Part shown: in pieces, positions 58,893 through 64,000 of the stretch
How the letters are laid out: each line of letters opens with the position of its first letter
Position numbering within the stretch: the first letter of the stretch is position 1
Assembly (NCBI GenBank): GCA_002269645.1
Contig: NIVC01001426.1
Coordinates: forward strand, 186,001 to 250,000
Origin: Macrostomum lignano
Lineage: Eukaryota
DNA length: 64,000 bases
Direction: 5' to 3'
Notes under the pieces: model-generated
Database searches by the model: none
What the model was told of the DNA's origin: nothing
The model's input: only the letters and a program-made list of their open reading frames with translations
Made by a program: the position numbers and the translations under genes

Positions 58893-61800
58893 TTAGTCTC
58901 CAGTCAGCACCTCTGGGTACACCACGTTCCTCGTCTTAGTTCCAGAAGTACGGACACGGACATTAGCAGCGTTCCTCGCTCGCGACAGAGCCGTATACAG
59001 CTGGCCATGAGTGAAGCAACCGACAGCGAGGTCCACGCCAACTGTGTCCAGAGACTGTCCCTGCGACTTGTGGATCGTCAGGCAGAAGCTCGGCTTCACA
59101 GGGAACTGCAGCCGCTTGAAACTGACGGGGAGGTCCGCATTGCTTGGAATCAGCGGGATTCGCGGCAGAAGAATCTCGTCTCCCGTGAACTGGCCGGCGG
59201 CAATCTTGCATCTAAGCACGTTCTCGCCCATCGCGAGTATGATGAGCCGCGTACCATTGCACAATCGTGGCGGGTTGATGTTCCTGAGAAGAACTACTGG
59301 CATACCCTCCTTTAGCCTCAGCAAGTGAATCGGAAAGTTCGGGGCATCCAGCTGGTTGAGCAACTCAGGCGGGAAGTGCGTAGCGGCATCCTCATCGGCC
59401 ACAGTGTCTATCGAGCGGTACTCCCGCAGGCTTCCGGGGAACATGCCCAGACACGTCTCATTGATGGCATCCACTGAGTCATTGTAAGGCGCCAGGATCG
59501 CTCGGCTTGCAAAGTAGCTGTCTCTCTCCACTGGTTCTTCAAACGATGGGTACACAAAATTGATTAGATCAGTGAGAGGCCCTTCCGCAGAAATCACGAT
59601 CTCGGCTGGCAGAGACACTTTCTCCTCCGCATCCTGCTTCATTGTTCCGGATCCGATCTGTGGAGGGTTAAAATGTCGAATATTTCATAACCTATACACA
59701 CTTTTAAGCATAGACATTCCTAAATGACGCAAACTTAAAAAAATTGAGCTCAAAAACAAATCCGCGTCTAGTGTATCATTGTCAATCATTTAATAAACTG
59801 ATGAAATCAGACTTACCTGCTTGAGTAGCTCGGTGTACATCTGATACGCTACAGAATCGGAACTGCTCAGCATCCGGATGTTTCTCGTCAGGCGATGCCG
59901 TTGGAAGTATTTCCACAGTGAGGATCGGCTAACACACGCCATGACACTGTTAGCACGAGTCCCATGCACCACAACGGGTAGGAGCTGCCGGAAGTCACCA
60001 GCGCACACAAACACCAGTCCGCCAAATGGCGAGTCCTGCTTCCGCACATCTCGCAAGCACCGGTCGACCGCCTCCAAATCCTTCCGGTTTGTCATAGAAA
60101 TCTCGTCCCACACAATTAGACGCGCTGTGCGAAATACAGCAGCTTGTTTGGACTGCACTCCAACAGCGCACACGTCCTTGTTTGAGCGTAATACCCGAAT
60201 TGGTATCTTGAACCTGACATGGAAAAATTTGGGTATCATACAGCAGAGGAAGTATTCACATATTTACTTGTTTAATTATTCGTAAGTTACTAATAATTTA
60301 CAAATTAAATATAAACAACTCACGTGGAATGCGCAGTTTGTCCACCTGGCAACAGAGTCGCTGCGATTCCTGAAGCCGCAACGGCGAGAGCGACTTCACC
60401 CCGGCTGCGCACGAAGGCCAGCAAAACCTCCAGCAGGAAAGTCTTGCCAGTACCAGCGGGCGCGTCCAGGAAGTGCAAGCCGCCGTTGCCGCTCACAAGA
60501 TCCTGAGTCACTGACTTGTACACGTCTTTCTGCTCGTCTGTCAGCATTGGTAAGCGTGCCTCAGTAATCTGCGCTTGCTCAATCGTATCGAACTGCATCG
60601 GTCCATCTTGAGGCATCACGGAGGCCGCAGGCAAGCCGTACTCTGGCAGGCTTCTCCCACCCATGGAGGTCAGCATGCTCTGCAGCTCGCGGAGCGCTAG
60701 GTCAGTAATCTCCTCGGCACTTAAATCTCGATGGTGGAACCGCAGGTCCTCGCACATATCTTCGGCAAAAGAGCACCAAAGGTCGTTGCCATCCTCAGGC
60801 TCGCCCCATATGAGAATGACAGCCAGAATGTGTCTCAGGGCTCTTGGCATTCTTGACTGAACGGCCTCAGCTAGGCACCGCCGCCAGTGGTCATCTCGCT
60901 GCAGCAGACCAAGTGCCATGCAAGCAGCCTTGGCGCTCGGATGCACAACGCCGTCCACGGTCTGCAGCGCCTCGAAGCTGGTTGGTCCCTTGACTCGCAA
61001 AAGAAGCATGCGAACATAAAATAAATCACCAGTTCTTGGGCTCACCGTGTACATGCGTGCAACGTTTGTGTTCCGCACTACACCCGGGTGGCCATCGACT
61101 TTCGCGCCTCGCTTGGCCCGCCGCCACACTCTTTCACTGGCATGCCACACGAAGTAGGACGGCACCTCCGTGTAGAGCAAGGACCGAGCAAACTCGTCAG
61201 TACGGCACAGCTTGAAAAATGCTGTCAACGTAGAGTCCCTCGGCGTCCTGGCTCTAGCACTTGCGGTCTGCTCGTTGAAATACACGAGCTGCTCCTCCGA
61301 CTTGTGAACGCAGAGCCGGATGACCGCCGGAAATCTGTCATGCACCTGATCAGAAGGTGGGAGAGAAATAATCGCTTTTAAGTTTTTTCTGAATACAAAA
61401 AGCCACAGTTTTGCAATATTTACTCTTAAAATTTAAAATATTTATTACTTCAAAGCCCAAAATTGTATTCACAGCTTCCATTGGGCCAATGTAGCGCGCA
61501 GACAGATACTCCTTGATTTCATCACGCGGCCTCTCTCCATCGTTTGCCGCTACCGTTTGCGTCGGCTGCTGACTACCCGCACTCTGTTCTGTCGCTTCAG
61601 CAGAATTCTGATTGGCATTGACTTTGAACGTTGCCATGTCGCCGCCCTTCAGCAAGTACTTGATCACGTACTTGACCGACTTTACAGTGGCACAAACTTC
61701 AACGTTCATGTGGCACGCAAACTGGAGCAACAGTTCAGGGCTATAAGGCACAACCCACCTGTGGTTTAAGGAAAAAAACATTGTCAAACGTTTCCAACAT

Positions 61801-63837
61801 AAAATACAAGAGGCACCTAATACTCATGACTCGCCTGTTGTCCATGCGAATGCTGCGGCCTTTGAACAGTTTGTCCACTGTAAATCCACCCATCTCAGGC
61901 GACAGTCTGCGGTACAGTGGGTAGCCAGTATCGCTGGTCAGCGTCACCTGCTGGAACTCCTTCGGAAAGCCCTTGCTGCATTCGCCATTCTCCATGCACG
62001 GGCACGCTGGATTGTCCTTGCCACAAGGGCCATGGATCATGTGCGTTTTCACCAGCTCATACAGCACAGGCTGCTGCTGTGGGTCCGGAATCTCGGCAGA
62101 CACGATGTCATCGTATCGGTCCGGAGTCACCCGCTGGCCACTCGCTAGCCACAGCAGAAAGTGCACATGGGGGAGACCTAAATTATCAAGAAAAGTATCA
62201 AGACATCTTTCAGTCCAATTATCCGATCTGTATCGAATTTGCATCACACAAACCCACCTGTATTTAGTATCTTTATAACGATATAACTATATAAATTTCA
62301 TAAAACATAATACTGAGACTTGTACTCACCACGCTTTTGGTACTCTAGCGAGCAGACGTGCGCAGCCTCTTTCCCATAGCGCTTCGTTAGCTGGGCCAGC
62401 AGAGCTTTCTTCTTCATTTCAAAGACTCGGCTAACAATGTCCGGTCGGTGTTCAGCCCGCTGTCCAGGCAGCAGCTGGGCGCTGATCTCCGGCCAATTCG
62501 GATTGCATGTTGCCGTGACAAACAGGTCCGGCTTACCAAACTTGTGAACATAGGTCATAGCGTCCTGCAGCCTCTCCATCAGGTACCTTGGCCCGCCAAC
62601 GAAGCTTGAGGACAGAAGCACATGTGCGGGCTTGCCTATGTCACTCGGATCTCTGTCCGTAGATCTGCCATCAGCTGCAAACAGAGCGTCCCGCAGACCG
62701 CTGTACGTCTCGCTGCGCAGGTCCTGCTGATGGGTCCGCAAATACAGCAGCCTCTCTGCCTCAATCTTTGCACACATGTCCACCAGGTACTGCTGAAACA
62801 ACCTTCGGCCATAGTGCAGCACACTGAACTGGCCCGCTCGCACCATGATTTCGCTTGCATAGTATTTCATGGGGTCAGTTTCTTGTCATTACTCATCCGC
62901 AACTCCGGGTGCCAGCCATCTTCGCCATTCGGGAACAGCAGCACATACTCCAGCGGGTCATATGAGCGGTGCGTCTCACTGATTCGCTGAGAACCGCCCC
63001 CACGCAGTTGAATCACGACGTCCCGACTGGCCGGTGCGTCCTCATTGTCCTCAACGATCAGGATACCGACCTCATTTGCCGTAGGCAAGTTGTAGCGCCT
63101 GATTTTAAACGGAGTTTGTGGGACACAAATTCTGTACAAATTGAATCACGTACTTATTACGCATTTTTGCGAGTTCGAGTTACAATCAAAATTCATAATC
63201 TCATTTTGATTTCGCTTTCGTTTACATTTTTAAATTTCGTTATAACAAACACGCTAACTTACCGAATGTGTTCCCCAGATGGTCGACGGTCAGGGTGAAT
63301 CACAATTCGCGCATCTCCCAGCTCTGGGTCTTGGCTAATTCGCTCAGCAGCAGCCTTCAGGCTGCGGACATAGCCGTTGCACTCGTGAAGCAGCGTCTGC
63401 AGCAGCTCCAGTAGTTCCGGCTTCACCTTTTGGCTGAGACTCTGGCGGCTTTCGAGTTCGCGATCATTGAAATACACCTGCCATCCCTGAGCTTCAGCAG
63501 AATCCTCTGCAAACAGCGGCGCCGTGCGGTGATGCATCTGGCCGCTGATGATGAAGCTAGGACACCAGCCTGGCACCAACCGCAGTTTGGCACCCAGCGA
63601 GGTCAGGTGCAGCGCCGAGTTTTAGCTCCTGATGTTGGCCAGGAACGTGGCACTCAATCTGTGCCGCCCCATGTACAGATCCGCCAGCACTTGAGGCACG
63701 GTGCGGCTGGGCAGCTTTACCTTGCCTTTGGCGCAGCAGAAATTCCTCGTCTCTGCGCGCCAGAGTAGAGCACCGCATTCCTGGCATGCCCTGTCCATTG
63801 GGCCGCACTCATGGGCCGTGGCCTCTGGCCTCGGCAT
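58893..63837 (-). pseudogene. Helitron Rep/PIF1-helicase (RepHel), multi-exon, one nonsense codon
   Basis: N-terminal C..CGA.....E....CC..GKV; HUH motifs DLFVTATCNP.W, EYQKRG|LPHVH (intron 62178-62329), KYVIKY; helicase motifs DAPAGTGKT, IVWDEISM, GDFRQLLPV, QFP.K.SF.LTIHKSQGQS, HGQLYTALSR. IRS*NSA has TAA at 63622-63624. More 5' exons may lie beyond the window. Confidence 0.93.
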
Positions 63838-64000
63838 TCTGTCAGGCCTGTGATCGAATTATATGCGTGCATAAATGGTAACTATAATATATACTGCCAA
63901 TATTTGTGAAATATAAAATGTAATATGTAGTTCAGAATAAAAAATTACTGTGACCAGTAGCACAAATAAGCCTACCTATTTTGAGCAGATCCTGCATCAG

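Larger units (their letters stand above)
51739..64000 (-). mobile_element. Large Helitron (RepHel + RPA-like + small gene); 5' end beyond the window
   Basis: 3' hairpin plus CTAG at 51739-51768, abutting the TC start of the next element; RepHel and RPA-like genes are on the same strand upstream. Confidence 0.85.

Overview
Repeat-dense eukaryotic genomic DNA, most consistent with an invertebrate animal (GT-AG introns, TTAGGG tracts, animal-type ion channels and lectins; species not determinable from sequence alone). Left to right: (i) 1-4.2 kb, a strongly CpG-depleted, C>T-hypermutated block with LINE and mariner relics; (ii) a PIF/Harbinger-like MITE, a Gypsy integrase relic and an intact 3-exon F-type lectin gene; (iii) a P-superfamily element (TIRs, 7-bp TSD) carrying head-to-head THAP-transposase and Crypton-like tyrosine-recombinase remnants; (iv) nested foldback/MITE elements, minisatellites and an F-type lectin pseudogene; (v) a frameshifted otopetrin gene followed by a 2.5-kb satellite; (vi) a decayed Polinton/Maverick (pPolB, DEDD-like nuclease, packaging ATPase, adenain-like protease, major capsid protein) that also carries an intact TATA-binding-protein-like ORF; (vii) a mosaic duplication (otopetrin 5' half + PolB/TBP ends) capped by a TTAGGG tract and a Helitron 3' end; (viii) a TRPV5/6-like channel gene; (ix) from 40.1 kb to the end, tandem minus-strand Helitrons full of satellites, ending in a large Helitron with a spliced RepHel gene (one nonsense codon), an intact RPA70-like gene and a divergently oriented small RGG/zinc-knuckle/polyQ gene between long direct repeats. 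The top leads are the Polinton-borne TBP, the Helitron RPA + RGG-knuckle-polyQ cassette, the P element with a tyrosine recombinase, and the hypermutated block. All assignments come from manual motif recognition; no searches were run.
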